Below, in pieces: positions 46,340 through 58,800 of a stretch of DNA of 64,000 nucleotides. Below the pieces are notes generated by a model that searched no databases, had not been told where the DNA came from, and saw only the letters and a program-made list of their open reading frames with translations. Within the stretch, counting starts at the first letter, position 1, and each line of letters begins with the position of its first letter. Location: NCBI GenBank assembly GCA_964036045.1, contig OZ038379.1:12090001-12154000 (forward strand), in the 5' to 3' direction. The position numbers and the translations under genes are program-made. Origin of the DNA: Eutreptiella sp. 'Long Island Sound 2002'. Taxonomy: Eukaryota > Protista > Euglenida.

Positions 46340-47030
46340 CCCGAGTTCTGACCTATGTGCAAAAGTCAATTCTTTGGGGGCGTTTTTGCACAGCGCGGGC
46401 ACAGCGCCAATTATTACGTTGTTTATCCCGGGAACACCCCTGAAAACCACCCCCCGACAGAAGCGTGCATGATCCATTCAAAACAGCATCAGGGGTGCAG
46501 AATTCAGGACCCTGGGACCAGTGGCAAGCATCAGAGGGTGCTGAAACGCACCGCGCACGCACCGCGCGCACCGTGCGCGTCAGAGGATGCAACGCTTTAG
46601 TGCAATGTACACCCTTTCAGAAAGTAGGCAGGGACGCGCAGAAAATACATTGAAATGGGAAACTTTTGTGAATGCATCATCACCACTTCCCCCCAGATAC
46701 TGCCCCCAAAGCGTGTTTTATCCATGCACACCAATAGCATCACCCAACCATTGCATACAGTGCACACTGGCCGCGTTTCAGCAACTTTTAGTGTGAGCAT
46801 GTATTGTGCGCGCCAGGCCGACGCCGCACCGCGCACCGCACCGTGCGCACCGCGCGGTCAGCACCCTCTCAGACTAAAACAAAAAATCCCTGGTGTACCA
46901 GACAGAGGCTGTAGGGTGCAGAATTCAGGACCCTGGGACCCATGGCTACCGGTGGTGAAAAACAGCCGACTTTTTGCACAGCGCGGGCACAGCATGCGCA
47001 CAGCGCACGGCGCGCCCCCTTTGAAGTGAC
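46340..47030. repeat. Modular repeat with direct and inverted sub-blocks
   Basis: GGTGCAGAATTCAGGACCCTGGGACCA at ~46494 and ~46915; TTTTTGCACAGCGCGGGCACAGC at ~46383 and ~46971; inverted AGAGGGTGCTGA (46533-46544) and TCAGCACCCTCT (46858-46869). A related block lies at ~4610-4650. Confidence 0.7.
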
Positions 47031-47099
47031 CTGGAACTGTTTTGGCGCTTTGTAGCCCCGCCCCCCCCTGCATAGTAAGCGGTCGTGCGCGATGGTTCC

Positions 47100-48300
47100 C
47101 AAACACACCCGAGGGAACATACCCCAAAATACCCTAAGTAATGGTTCCCTCACACCCCTGATTACTATGCAAAGGATGCGCGACACGAAACAAGACGTGC
47201 AGACACAAAATCGCATGACAAACAAAATGAGCCGGGAACTGCCTGTTGGGATGCTGCCTGTTGGGATGCGTGTTCAGCTCTACTGAGAAACACAGTGCCA
47301 GAGCGCTCATATGTGATGGTCCGGTAGTCAACATCGTGCTCTGAGGGGCCCAGAATTTTGTGGGCACAATACTGCCACCAGAACGTTTGAAATTGACAAC
47401 AGCACCAGCTGGGTATGTGTCAATATGATCAACACCCATGGCTGAGATTAAGAAAAACTGAAAAATTCTGCATAATACAGGGTACAGTGGAGTGCCTTGG
47501 ATGCCAGAAACCTGAACTACACAACAATGCACGAATACTACTACCTTGTCCAGCCAGCAAACGCACAGGACAAGCTCAATATCTGGCCTTCCAAGTAAAT
47601 TTGCAAAACTGAAAGTGATGCTTACTATGCAGGGGCGATTACTATGCAGGAAGGGGGGGGGGTACATATGCATGTTTATATGGGGAAGCAGCCCATGGAC
47701 AAGTTGTGAGGACTTATCATCATCATGCTCGAAAAGCACAACCCAACTTGACTTGGTGCCAGAGCAACATGCCAGGGCTGTTGATCTTCCCAGAAACCTG
47801 CCAATGCAAAGAATAAAATTGCACTATCAGCAAGAAAAACTTATCGGCCGGCAAACACCGTGTAATTTTTTTTTGGCCCACTGGGCCTGAAAATTGCACC
47901 TTGGCTGTGACTGATTTGGGGTGTGGTGAAAATTTGGTGCCTCCCTGGTGCTGCTCGCTTTTGTGTTGGCTCTGCTTCTGTTTGTTCAGGCCTATGTAGA
48001 AACCATCGGTCTGTTGCAGCAAGGCACTCCGAAAAAAGGTCCGCAAACTCTACAATAGCACTTTTCCCCTGAACACTTGCTGCATATGCAAGATCCATTG
48101 CTCAAGAACACCGGTCAGCGAGAGGTTGCGGACAGTTCTGGAATCTGATGCATGGGATTGCGGCGGACCGCAGCAAAATCAAGAAGAACGTCAGTCAACT
48201 GGGAACCTCATGTTTTTCTTTGGTTCACACCAAGATGAGCTGGCGTAGCCTGCTCACTTCACAGTACTTGAGATAACCTCGCAGAATCAAGGTTCAGAAC
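47100..48300 (-). mobile_element. Highly decayed non-LTR element relic
   Basis: Nucleotide similarity of 47291-47424 to 55171-55278 (shared ITxERSGTV translation) and a weak RT-like segment WQVSGKIN. Confidence 0.35.
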
Positions 48301-51300
48301 TGTCCAGTGCTATGATGATACCACAGTGGCCGCGGTAGCGGATCTGGCAGGTAGTGAGGATTAGCTGAGTCTGAAACCAGTTTATCCAGTGGGAGACTGC
48401 CACGCCCACAGGCTTTCCAGTATGCATGAGGCACAATGACGACTGCCAGACATTGAGCACAGCCCGATGCTGAAACACGCGAGACCTCTGGTGCGACCAT
48501 CCTCCTACGTGTGCCGTCTCCACTGACTGGGCCAAGGGCGGTTTCATGCTGTGCGGCAACGAGCGGTGCCGTATGTCCACTGCACTGGAGGGGGTTGTGG
48601 TTCCCAGCCCCGATCAATGCAGATTCCGTCACCCTCGTACCTGCGTGGTCACCCAAGTCATAGTTGCCCCACTTCACCCGGTCGCTGGACGCACCCCACG
48701 GGGTGGAGGCCGTGCACTCCTTTCCCTCGGGGTATACTTTTTTGCAGCCCATCCGGATTTGGCGAATCTAGCGCAATCCAAACCGGTGGTGCCCTCTCCC
48801 TGATGCATAACATTGGGAGGCACGTGGATAGACACATGGCCGTGTGTGTACGTTGAGAGAGATGGAACCGCAATTCGGACCGCAGCTTCCAGGGGCAAGG
48901 GGGCGGGTGTATGCAGCAGCAAGGGTGCTCGGGTCAGACCCTCCTGATCCCCGTGAATCCTGGTGCATTGTGCGCAGTGCGGGAGGTCCCGCATCCAGTC
49001 CACTTTACGGTGCTGGCGCATTGCTCACCAGAACCCCCGCTCGCGTGGGTTGTCTCGTGCCCGCCGCTACAAGTGCCCTTGGGCCTCGGTCAGCGCCCCC
49101 GCAGGTCCTGGCAACGCCGAAGCGGTCGACAGCCTTCGGGCCCGCAACGCCGCGCAGTTGCTGCGTGCAGCAATGAGCACGGGGCGGTGCCAGAGGCCAC
49201 TGGCCCACCATGGGCAATGCGCACGCTGATGCTCACGGGGCTGGTACCTCCCACGAGGGCGTGCTTGAGGCTCCTGCACGGGACGGGCCCGCTGGAGGTC
49301 GTCCCCCCACATTTCATACGTGTCGCGTGGCGGTGTGTGCAGTAGCCACTGGCGGTGCAAGGTTCGCATGCTGACACGCATCCGTGCCGATGTCATGGTC
49401 CTTGGCCGGGCGGTAGCTGCACAGCCCGTTTGTGCCAATGACGTGTCGCTCGCTTTCACCAGTTGGAGGTGCACCTCTCACACCTGCGGGACAACACCCT
49501 GCCACCCTCCTTGGGGCACCACGGCATGAACCCCAAGCAGCTCGTTCGTGGTGGGCCTGCTGCCAAACAAACACAGAACGGCCAGACTGGGGCACGCCTG
49601 CACCTCAACAGTGCAGCGGCCAGCCCAAGAACTGCTGTCGGCCACCGGCAAACGGAGTCGGTTGGCCATCTACAGCCGTCGGTTCACCAACCGCCGTCGG
49701 TTGACTGCTGGCTGATGATTTTGAAGTACCGACTGCTGTGGAACCGCCTGCCTTCTTGAGAAGTCGCCATGGGGGCATGAAGCCACGCATTCCGAGAGCT
49801 CTTCGTGCGTTTCTAATTCCTCGCAGCCACGGCCTTCCTTCCGCAGCCTGTGAGGCAACAGGCTGTGGACCTTGCACTGTGGGGCGGCTTGCAACAGAGA
49901 CAATCGGATGAACAAGTCCCTGAACAACCCTCACGCATCGCAGCAGTTTCTTCCTCGTGGCCAAGTGTGCCGACTGCATCGCGGCGGACCATGACCTGTT
50001 TGTCCTAAGCATCAGTGGCTTCTGAAACGCTCCAACGCCCTAGTTGAGGCAGAGGGAGAGCACCCCGGCGATCCCTCGTCACCAGCGAATCCTTATCCGT
50101 TCCTTACGGCTCGCGGGGTCACCGAGGATACCCCGGCGCGGAGGACAGCTCGCCGCTATTCCGTCTGCCCCCTCCCCCGGGGGGGGGTTCGATCTCGGGA
50201 CCTGCGGGGCAGGCGTCACGTGCTGTGACAGCTGAGCGCTGTGGCCTACCGTTCCTGTGCCGACGACCTCTCGCACGGTTTGCCTGCAGCTGATCGCGTG
50301 CAGCCTGAAGTTCATGCCCAAACATTCCCAGTGCGAAGGTGCTGGGCCCCATCGTACCCTTGCCTGATTGCCGACGGTGGGCATGTGCTGCTGCAACGGG
50401 AGTCCCCACTGCAAGGGCCCGGCGGGACGAGCAGCAGAAGCGGCGCACCATCTCGGCTGGGGGGGGCTAACACCCAACGACGCAGGCTTACACAGGCATG
50501 CGGTGGTATGCCTGGGGACTGCGACGACATCGGGCGCATTGATACAGAAGTAGGCGTGGGCACGCTGGTGCCGTCGCGGCCCCGATGTGAAGTAGCCCCG
50601 GAATATTCCAGAGCCCCCAGCCCTCCATGACCCGTGCATCCGGCGGAGTAGGCCCAGGCGCAAGACCGCAGCGTTGAGCAGGCGGTTGGGGATGAGTGCA
50701 GAGGCTCTGGCGCGGGCCATCGATGCATTGCCTGACTGCGGGCCTGCCATGGCTCAGCTCGGGGCTTGGAGCTCGGGGCGCCATTCGGGCACGTGCATCG
50801 CGGAGGTGGACCAGAGCTGGACGGTAGGTGGACTGCAGGTTCACGGGAGGGAATTGGACGTGCACGTGGACGGGCGGGATGGGCGCTGCATCTCCGGACG
50901 GCGTGGACAACGCCCCGTTGGCCTTCGTCGAGAGCGACGTCGGGACTGGGTCCTGCAGGGATGTCTGGCGTTCTCGGGACTGCCCGGATGGGCCGCCTGC
51001 TCGCGGCCGTGCAGACTCACCGGCCCGCGTCACGCGTGTCCCGCATCAAAGCTCGGGGATCTGGGACAGAGCTGGCGGTGGGCGTTCCATCGGCCATATC
51101 ATCATCGCACGGCTCAGCCCGAGGCCCTTTCCCAGGGCTACGAAGTCTGGTCTGCATGCGGGATCTGGCCTCACTGTAGTCCTCCGCACGCCCGGGGCCT
51201 GCACAACGGTCCTCCTCCAGATCAGCAGACGCCCATAGCACAGCGCCTCAAGGTGGTTTGCATTCACATCCAGACACCTCAGCCTGGCTGAGCTATCCGA

Positions 51301-53449
51301 GCGGAGTCCGGTGCAGCACCTGCACAACACACGCGGGAACGGCGATCACTTGCGGGCCCCCCGTTCCGCGAAGCTAAACAACGCCGCACTCTACCCCCGA
51401 AACGACACGGCACTCGACCCCTGAACAGCAGGCATTTCGTGAATGACGTCATAACAAACGAAAATGGCGTGAAGCCGACGATGGACCTAACCCACCCACC
51501 CACCCACCCACCCACCCACCCCACCCCCGAGGGGGCTCTTCGAGCAATATTGTGCGCCTTGGCTTCTGGTGAAGAGGCAGGTGGGCGTGCGTGTCTGGCT
51601 GCGGGTGCGTATGCGCCACAGATCCAAGGGGGACACACCGTGAAAATGTCGCCACAAGCGTCTGAAATGCTGCACGTCGAAGCGCCCCGAGGGCTCGTGC
51701 GTCGTGATCCATGTGTCATCGCAGTTCGTGGTCAGCCACATCGGGGCGCACACGCGGATCTGCCGCGGGTGCCCAAACATTGCGTTCGTGTGGTCGAACC
51801 CGCTCTGTGGCAGTGAAAATGCGTGTGTGGCCGGGCACAGGGGCATCCCCACGAGGGCGGGGGGTGTTCAGTTCAGTTCCGGACCCCAACCCCCGCGGCG
51901 TGGGCAGGGGGTTCCAGAGGGGGGGGGGGGTCCAATTTTTGTCGGGGTTTGGGGGCCTTTTTGAACCCCCCGTTTCATTCGGAGCATTTTGAATAGACAC
52001 AACTTCGGGGGGTACCGTCCCCTTTTACCATTCCCCCCAAACGGGGGGAATATGGGGAAGCCGGAGAAAACGGGGGCGGGCAAGATTCGTTGCCCCGGTC
52101 TCCGAAGGGTAGAAAAACTTTTCCGAGGGCTGGCGGAGAAGTTGGTTGTTCCTCATTGTTCACCGTTGGTGTGGGTTCGGGGGGTCATATGGGAGGGGGG
52201 ATCCGGCCTGACACGTAAGCCCCCCCGTGGGCACCACCAGCGGGTGATGGTGCGTCGGGACGTGGCGCTGTACGCATCCCCGGTCAACGGCTCACCGTAG
52301 CACAAATCCATACCCGACTCGTGATGAGGACGTCGGCAGCTGCATCGTAGTGGAACACCTCCGTGACATTGTCCTGCATCCGCACTTGGAGCCCCGGCAC
52401 CTGCGATTTCAAAGCCTCCACATCAAACAGACCCTGAAGACGGCAATGATGTGCCCCTGCGGTGACTGTTCCTCTGATCCGCATGCGTCTATCTGCAGGG
52501 CCTCCGGTGTGCACGGTGCGCACCGCATTGTAGAGTCGGGCGCCGTTCAAGCGGATCAGGACTCTCCCTAATGAAAAACAAGACCGCGCCCCGTTGGTTT
52601 GCAATCCAGAACTGGTAGACGTCCCTTTAAGTGGGCCTGGAGGGCCCATAAAGCAGGGGGCGTACAAGATCTGCCAGTTTATCATACAATACCCTGAGAC
52701 GACTGCCCACAGCTGTCAACTGGTCATCGGTTGACCAACTGTCGGCGGTTGGAGATTGACGTTGGCAGATCACCGCCGCGGCGTTCCCGGACTTTCTAGA
52801 AACAAAAACGTGTCCTTTCCTGTCCGTTCTGGAAGCCCTTGAAGCGGGTTAACAGGATCTGAGCCCCCTCCCTGCAGTCTTCGGGGCACAGGAGCACAGG
52901 CACGATCCCCTTGGATCCCTTTCTCACTCGGCAGAATACTGGAACTGTCATGTGCCACACCGGCTTCGGCTCAGACGACATCCAAAGCAAAGGATCCCAT
53001 CGGCCTCGCTGTGTCCGCCTGTGGGGGTCCACAGGACCGCCTCCATTCACCGGCACCACGAACCAAACGTTGTCGGTTACGCTTCCACAACCGCCATCGC
53101 TCAACAGCAGCTGTACCCCCGGAAATATTCCTCCGGGTCTGCGCGTTCTTTGCAAGACACACTCTTTCATCGTTCAAAACATGCCCATAGTACATGGGGC
53201 TAAGAGATTTGGGGGGCGAATGCAGAGCGGCTTTCCGTTTTGGACCCCATGTTTATCAGCAGCACCGCACTTCCCGGGGAGTTGCTTGGGGCCCCGCAGC
53301 GATTGGGCTGCCCCGAGGGCTGCACCCCTCAGGGTTTGTGTGCAAACGGTATGCAGATTGAGGGGAGACCCGCAGGACTTCTCGGTGGTAGTTAGTGGCA
53401 GTGGCAGTTGCCAGCATTCATAGCAGTAGCAGCTCCCTCCAGCGGCTTA

Positions 53450-55324
53450 GCTCCCTTTAGGCTGTGAGCATACAAATCAGTGTTGCTTTTGTGTTGCCTC
53501 GCTGTAGTGCAGGCACCAATTTTCGCCACTGCCAATTTTTGCTTGCCAAAATTCGTACACAGCAAATACCCCCCCCCTCCTGCACCTGGTAGTAACCTTG
53601 CAACTTAATGCTGTGCAGAACAGAGCCCTCGGGTGTCGTGCAATGGGGCATTCGTTTGCAGCACGCCCCATGCAACAAGAATGCGTCATTTCCACAGATT
53701 TCAACGTGTACTACCCTCAAACCTGCCTGCAAGCGTCCTGCTACCCCTAACTAGTAGTATCAGCCAAATGCATGCTGTCCAAGCTTCTTACATGTAGGTC
53801 CTTGGTGCTTGGTGATACGTCCTGCTCCCTGAAGTCATGACTCTGGTGTGGCTGATTTGTTCAGTCATCAACAGATCTGTACGGCGCAGCAAAACAGTCA
53901 ACCACATGAGATTCACACATTCGAGCGGCTAGTATCATTCAGCATCAAGGATCTACGCGTGAGACCCTTGAACAATGTGCATGTGAATGACAATCTTTGT
54001 TTCCGAAATGAGAAGAAGGCCACCAAGCACTAAAGTCAACTTACAGGGTCATACTTGTTGAACTTTGCGGAAATGATACGTTTGTGGCGTGTTGGGCGTG
54101 CTCGCAGCCTTTAGCTCTGTGGCCCTTCGGCTCCCTAGGGACAGCGCCCTACACAAGACCCATCGGTGTGCACCACCACAACACATACCGGGCCTGTGAG
54201 CAGCAGTGTACAGACATCCTTTGCGGGCGTTTCCGCGCGAATCAACTTCACCACAGCGTTGGCTACAGCGGCGTAGTACGCTGGGGGCAACTGCAAAGGC
54301 GAGAGGCTGTGGCAGGAGGGGCGGTGTGATCCGTTCCTGACACTCCTGAGTCGGCGGGCAGCGCTGCGGCGAATGCACAACGCTGCAGAATTTCAACATT
54401 TTTGGAAACTGGACTTTTGGTCAAGGCGCATGCCTGCGCCCCCCACCCCCTCCTTTACGTAAAACGATCGTTCAGTCCGACACTGGGCATGGGGGCTTGG
54501 CAACGGTTCTGCACACTATCCAATACCTCTCTCTTGGGGGATCGGAACGGCCGTGGACGGATGTGAATTGCCACCGTGAAACAGTCTTGGAGCGGCAGAG
54601 GCTTGACTGGAGCAAGCGCCCGCTGCTGCCAATACAGCGCTCGCCACACTGGAACGCTGAGGCAATGGCTGACTTGCATCTGCAAAGGATGCAGGAGAGC
54701 ATTGTGTGTCAGTGCAGGGGTAGGGAAGCCGCCAGCGGGGTCGTGGGAATCAGTTCTTTACCATGTGCCACCCGGTAATACCCGCCCCTGAATACACCCA
54801 CCTTAGTAAGAACCAGCAGCATCCAGGGTATGGACCAGCAGGATTTGCCTCCACCTGACCATGTCTGAGGTGGTGGACGTCAGTGGGAAAGATGATGTGG
54901 ATGCACGAGGAGGCGCTTGGGTGTGTGCTTACATCCGAGGGGACATAGCCAAAGTGACGGTTCCCGACCCCCCAAGGATTGTTCAAGGGGTGTGCGGCAC
55001 ATGGCCAAGCACACACAACGCAGGTGCGCAGTACAAACAACAAATGATGTGTTCAGATGTGTCTGGGTCAGGTGAGCTGTACGGCCACAGCCTCTTCACC
55101 TCCTTCAAAGGCTGCCTCGCCTCTACCCAGTTGGCGGAGATTACAGGTGCGGGGTTGCAGTCGTAGTGACCACGGTGCCAGAGCGCTCACATGTGATGCG
55201 CTGATTGTCAGGACCACGTTCTGAGGAGGCCCTGGATCGTGGCGGAACATTGAAATTGACACGCGGGTACATGTCAATGGTAATGATGGCCTCCCTTGAG
55301 CAGCAGCGCCTCACTCCCCTCGGG

Positions 55325-55397
<73 letters not shown>

Positions 55398-55800
55398 GTG
55401 TGTGCGTGCGTGTGCGTGTGCGTGTGCGTGTGTGCGCCGCGCGCGTGTGTGTGTGTGTCTGCTCTTGCCGTTTCTTGGTCTTTCCCCCAGATCTACTGAT
55501 CCCACTATGGCAGGGGTTCTCTACCCACGTCACCTTCATGCTTTGGGACGCGGACACAGCAGTGGGAATTGGCAACATCCATTGGCTGACAATTCGAAAA
55601 AGTAAGTGTCCTTGGTAGCACTTGTAGACACATGCGCCGATGGATGCAAGAAAGGCATTTGCTCTGGCACGTACAATACAGTCCCAGACTCAAATTTCCC
55701 AAAGCTGTGAATGCAACCTGCAACAGCCGCGATTTCCGACAAACACTGAACTTGCAGCGGATGCAGGCCATTGCTCAGTGAGGTTCCAAACAGCCCTCCG
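53450..55800 (-). mobile_element. Decayed retroelement with RNase H remnant
   Basis: VVVVHTDGSCVG at ~54150-54185 fits the RNase H first-aspartate motif. The surrounding frames are broken and interrupted by (GT)n. Confidence 0.5.
55326..55457. repeat. (GT)n/(GC GT)n microsatellite
   Basis: Read directly. Confidence 0.95.
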
Positions 55801-58800
55801 AGGGTGGGGAGGGTTGCCCCCATTCGCCCCCCCCCCCCCCCGGGCCGGTTGCCTCAAAACTCCCAGGTTTGTTTGCTGAGGAGGCCCAGGGCGGCGAAAC
55901 CGGTTGAGACACATTCCATAAACCGTGGCAGTGGCCCTGGCCCTGCTCGTCACGTGCTGTGTGCTGAAGGGCAGTTATTGGCTAATGAGAGTGGGAAATA
56001 TTGGTTTGGATTTTCAAATTACCAAATCGAGGTGACGGTTCCCTCACCCGCCCCCCGCTGTGTGACATTTCGTCGGGTTGCTGTTGCCCTTGACAGTCAC
56101 CCGTTCTTCCCTTCGCGTGCTGCGTCGGGTCGCTTAGCGGAGCCCAGAAGTTGGTGCACTGGGGTTGTGCTGGTTGTGACGGGGGTCGTCTCTCTGCCCA
56201 CTCCCCTCCGCATCCTGGTCGTCCACCCACCTACCTCGCTGTGTTTCCGTTGGCATGAGGTCCATCGGGTTGCGGTTTCTTTGCGGGGCCCTGGACAGTC
56301 ACCCGTTCTTCCCTGCGGGTGCTGCGTCGGGTGAATGCTTTCTGACGGCCGCTGCGGCCGGTGTTCCTTGTGGTGTCGTTTCCGCGTTAGCAGAGCCCAG
56401 TAGTTGGCACACTGGGGTTGCGTCCACCACATGCCTCGCTGCGTTTCCGTGTGCGTGGGGCCCAAGTGCTCCACCCCTCCGTGTGTTGTCCTGGTCGTCC
56501 ACCACCTGCCTCCCGGCGCTGCCGTGTGCGTGGGGCCCAATCACACCATCCCTGCGCGTAGCGCACGTGGGCATTACGCGCACCTTTCCCCGGGTGTCGC
56601 GAGCACCTCCACGGGTGGCGTGCGCTCGTAATGGTTGACGCGGGTGGCGTGTGCACCTGTGCGGTGGCCTGGGTGGTTTGCGCTGCACGGTGGTCGCACT
56701 GTTGTCCTTGGTTCGTTCCTGTCCAACGAGGGGGGGGGGGGGGGGGAGGGGGGGGTACAGGCAAAGGGTGGCGTGCGCATGCACGCACGCGCGGACACAG
56801 CCAGAGGCACACGCACACCGCACCTCAAGCACAACCCAGTAAATGGTGTCCGGCTTCCAACGCCTTTTGATCTCCTGCAGCAAAAAAACGCAGGGCAGAG
56901 GGCCCAACACCCGCAGCGAATTCAACACGTAACCCCCCCTGCGTCCCCCTGTCAGCGGTGACTGTTTCGTCGTGAAGCAGGAAACGGTGGTGCATGGGGA
57001 GTGCAGGGCATCCACGTGTGGCCTGGCAATACAACGTCGCCCCGGAACACCCAGCGGAACACCGGCAGTGGTGTGCACAGCTGCCGCCACCGTGCTGACA
57101 CCATGCCATCCACACGTGCAGGTCGCCAACCCCACTCTGCCCAAGCATGGCGGAGAGAGGAAAGTGATGGACAGCACCCTCCAAACTTCAGAGGAATGGG
57201 CATGCCTGCACGTGAAGCCTCCTGGTCCGCCCGCAACTTATCCTGCAACTGCTGCGCCATTTTCCGGCTGCTGGCGCTGAAAACAATCCTGCCTGACAGT
57301 GTGCACTTCATTGCGTTTGATTCTGGTGTTCACACCCCAGTGCGCTGTGCATACGACACCACACACCGCATTTGGGCGCTGTGCCCACTGGAGGTCTGTC
57401 CCAAGGCCTTTGTCAAAAAACTTGCAAGTTGTGTGGCACAAAAGACCGCACCTTCAGTCACGGCACGCAGGGGCAACGAGAATGTGCCGCATGGCCGCAG
57501 GATGTCAGAAGCAAGGACCAACGGTCTGAAGGGAAAAAATTGCCGCTGCGGCATGCTGCGACAGTGTTGGTCTGGGGAGGGTGACCTTATCGCATGCAGC
57601 CAGGCCACACAACAGAAATCCCTCCTACAGAACATGCAATGCTGTACTGAAGAATCCCTTTCGTCAATAGACGTGTTCTCACTCGTCATCCTCCTTCAAG
57701 CCATTTTCCGTATTCACATACATAATGGCCAAGTCACACAATGTGTCATTGCCCATGACAAAGCGCAAAACCTCTATCAACTTTCAAGTGCTGCGGCATG
57801 CTGCCTGCTGTTGGTCCTTGGTTGCAACACAGAGACAGCCATCTCCCCTCCAATTGCTCCTCTTCCCCTGTGCCTCACCATGTTTTTTGGCGGTCGAGCA
57901 GTTCCACGGTCACACCGTGCAGAGCTGCATGTCGTAGCACAGCACCGTGTGGTGCAACCAATTTCCAGTCACGTGTGTTCTGTGCATTTCGCGTACACAA
58001 GGGAGCCGATCCACCGTTGGCGAGCCGGACACGCCTGCCGTGGGTGCGTGCCATGCACCTCACCGCACTGACGCACAGCAAACACGCAGCACCATATCAG
58101 CATCGAACTGCATGCTTAAGAGCGTGTACAGCAGTCGCACACAGAAGACGAAGAACACGCACACAACCATAGAGAGTGACAGCACGGATCAGGTGATGGA
58201 AGACTCGCAATTGGAGACCGAGGGACGGCACTCGGCGACTGATGGACAGGGTATGGAGGCTGAGGAGACGGGGGAAATGGAATGGGGTCATGGAGGTACT
58301 TGGATGACTTTGATCATCTTCGTGGCCTTGATCTTCACAGATTTCAGGGACTTCGTGGCAGTCACTACAAATGAAAGGGAAATCTGGCCACATAAGGTCC
58401 ACTTGAGTGTCTAAAGCACCGACGAGTTTGCGGTGGCACTGATGCCGCCGCAAATAAGACGGGGTTGACAGCCGCGGGCGGAGCAGTGTAAACGTGCGAG
58501 GCCGCCGCTTGAACATTGAAAGGAAAAACGATGCCTGCGCAATGCATGTCACCTGCGCCACCCGGCCATGGGGGCATTCAGTGTAGTTCTGCATCTCAAC
58601 ACCCGCGGCATGAAAAGGGGGAGGGGGGTCCGGAGTGGGGTATTCAACTTTTTTGCCCGTTATTTTTTCCATATGTGAATTGCCCATTAAATTCATAGCA
58701 TCTTGACTGCCCCGTAAGGGGTCAGACAACCGTTGACCATTCGCGATAAATGAAACAAAATGGGAAATTCTGGCAGACACACGGATGCACCCCCTAAAGC

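Noticed and set aside
49000-51330. Many overlapping GC-rich ORFs
   Set aside because: Open in several frames because of high GC, with no recognisable motif; probably repeat-derived.
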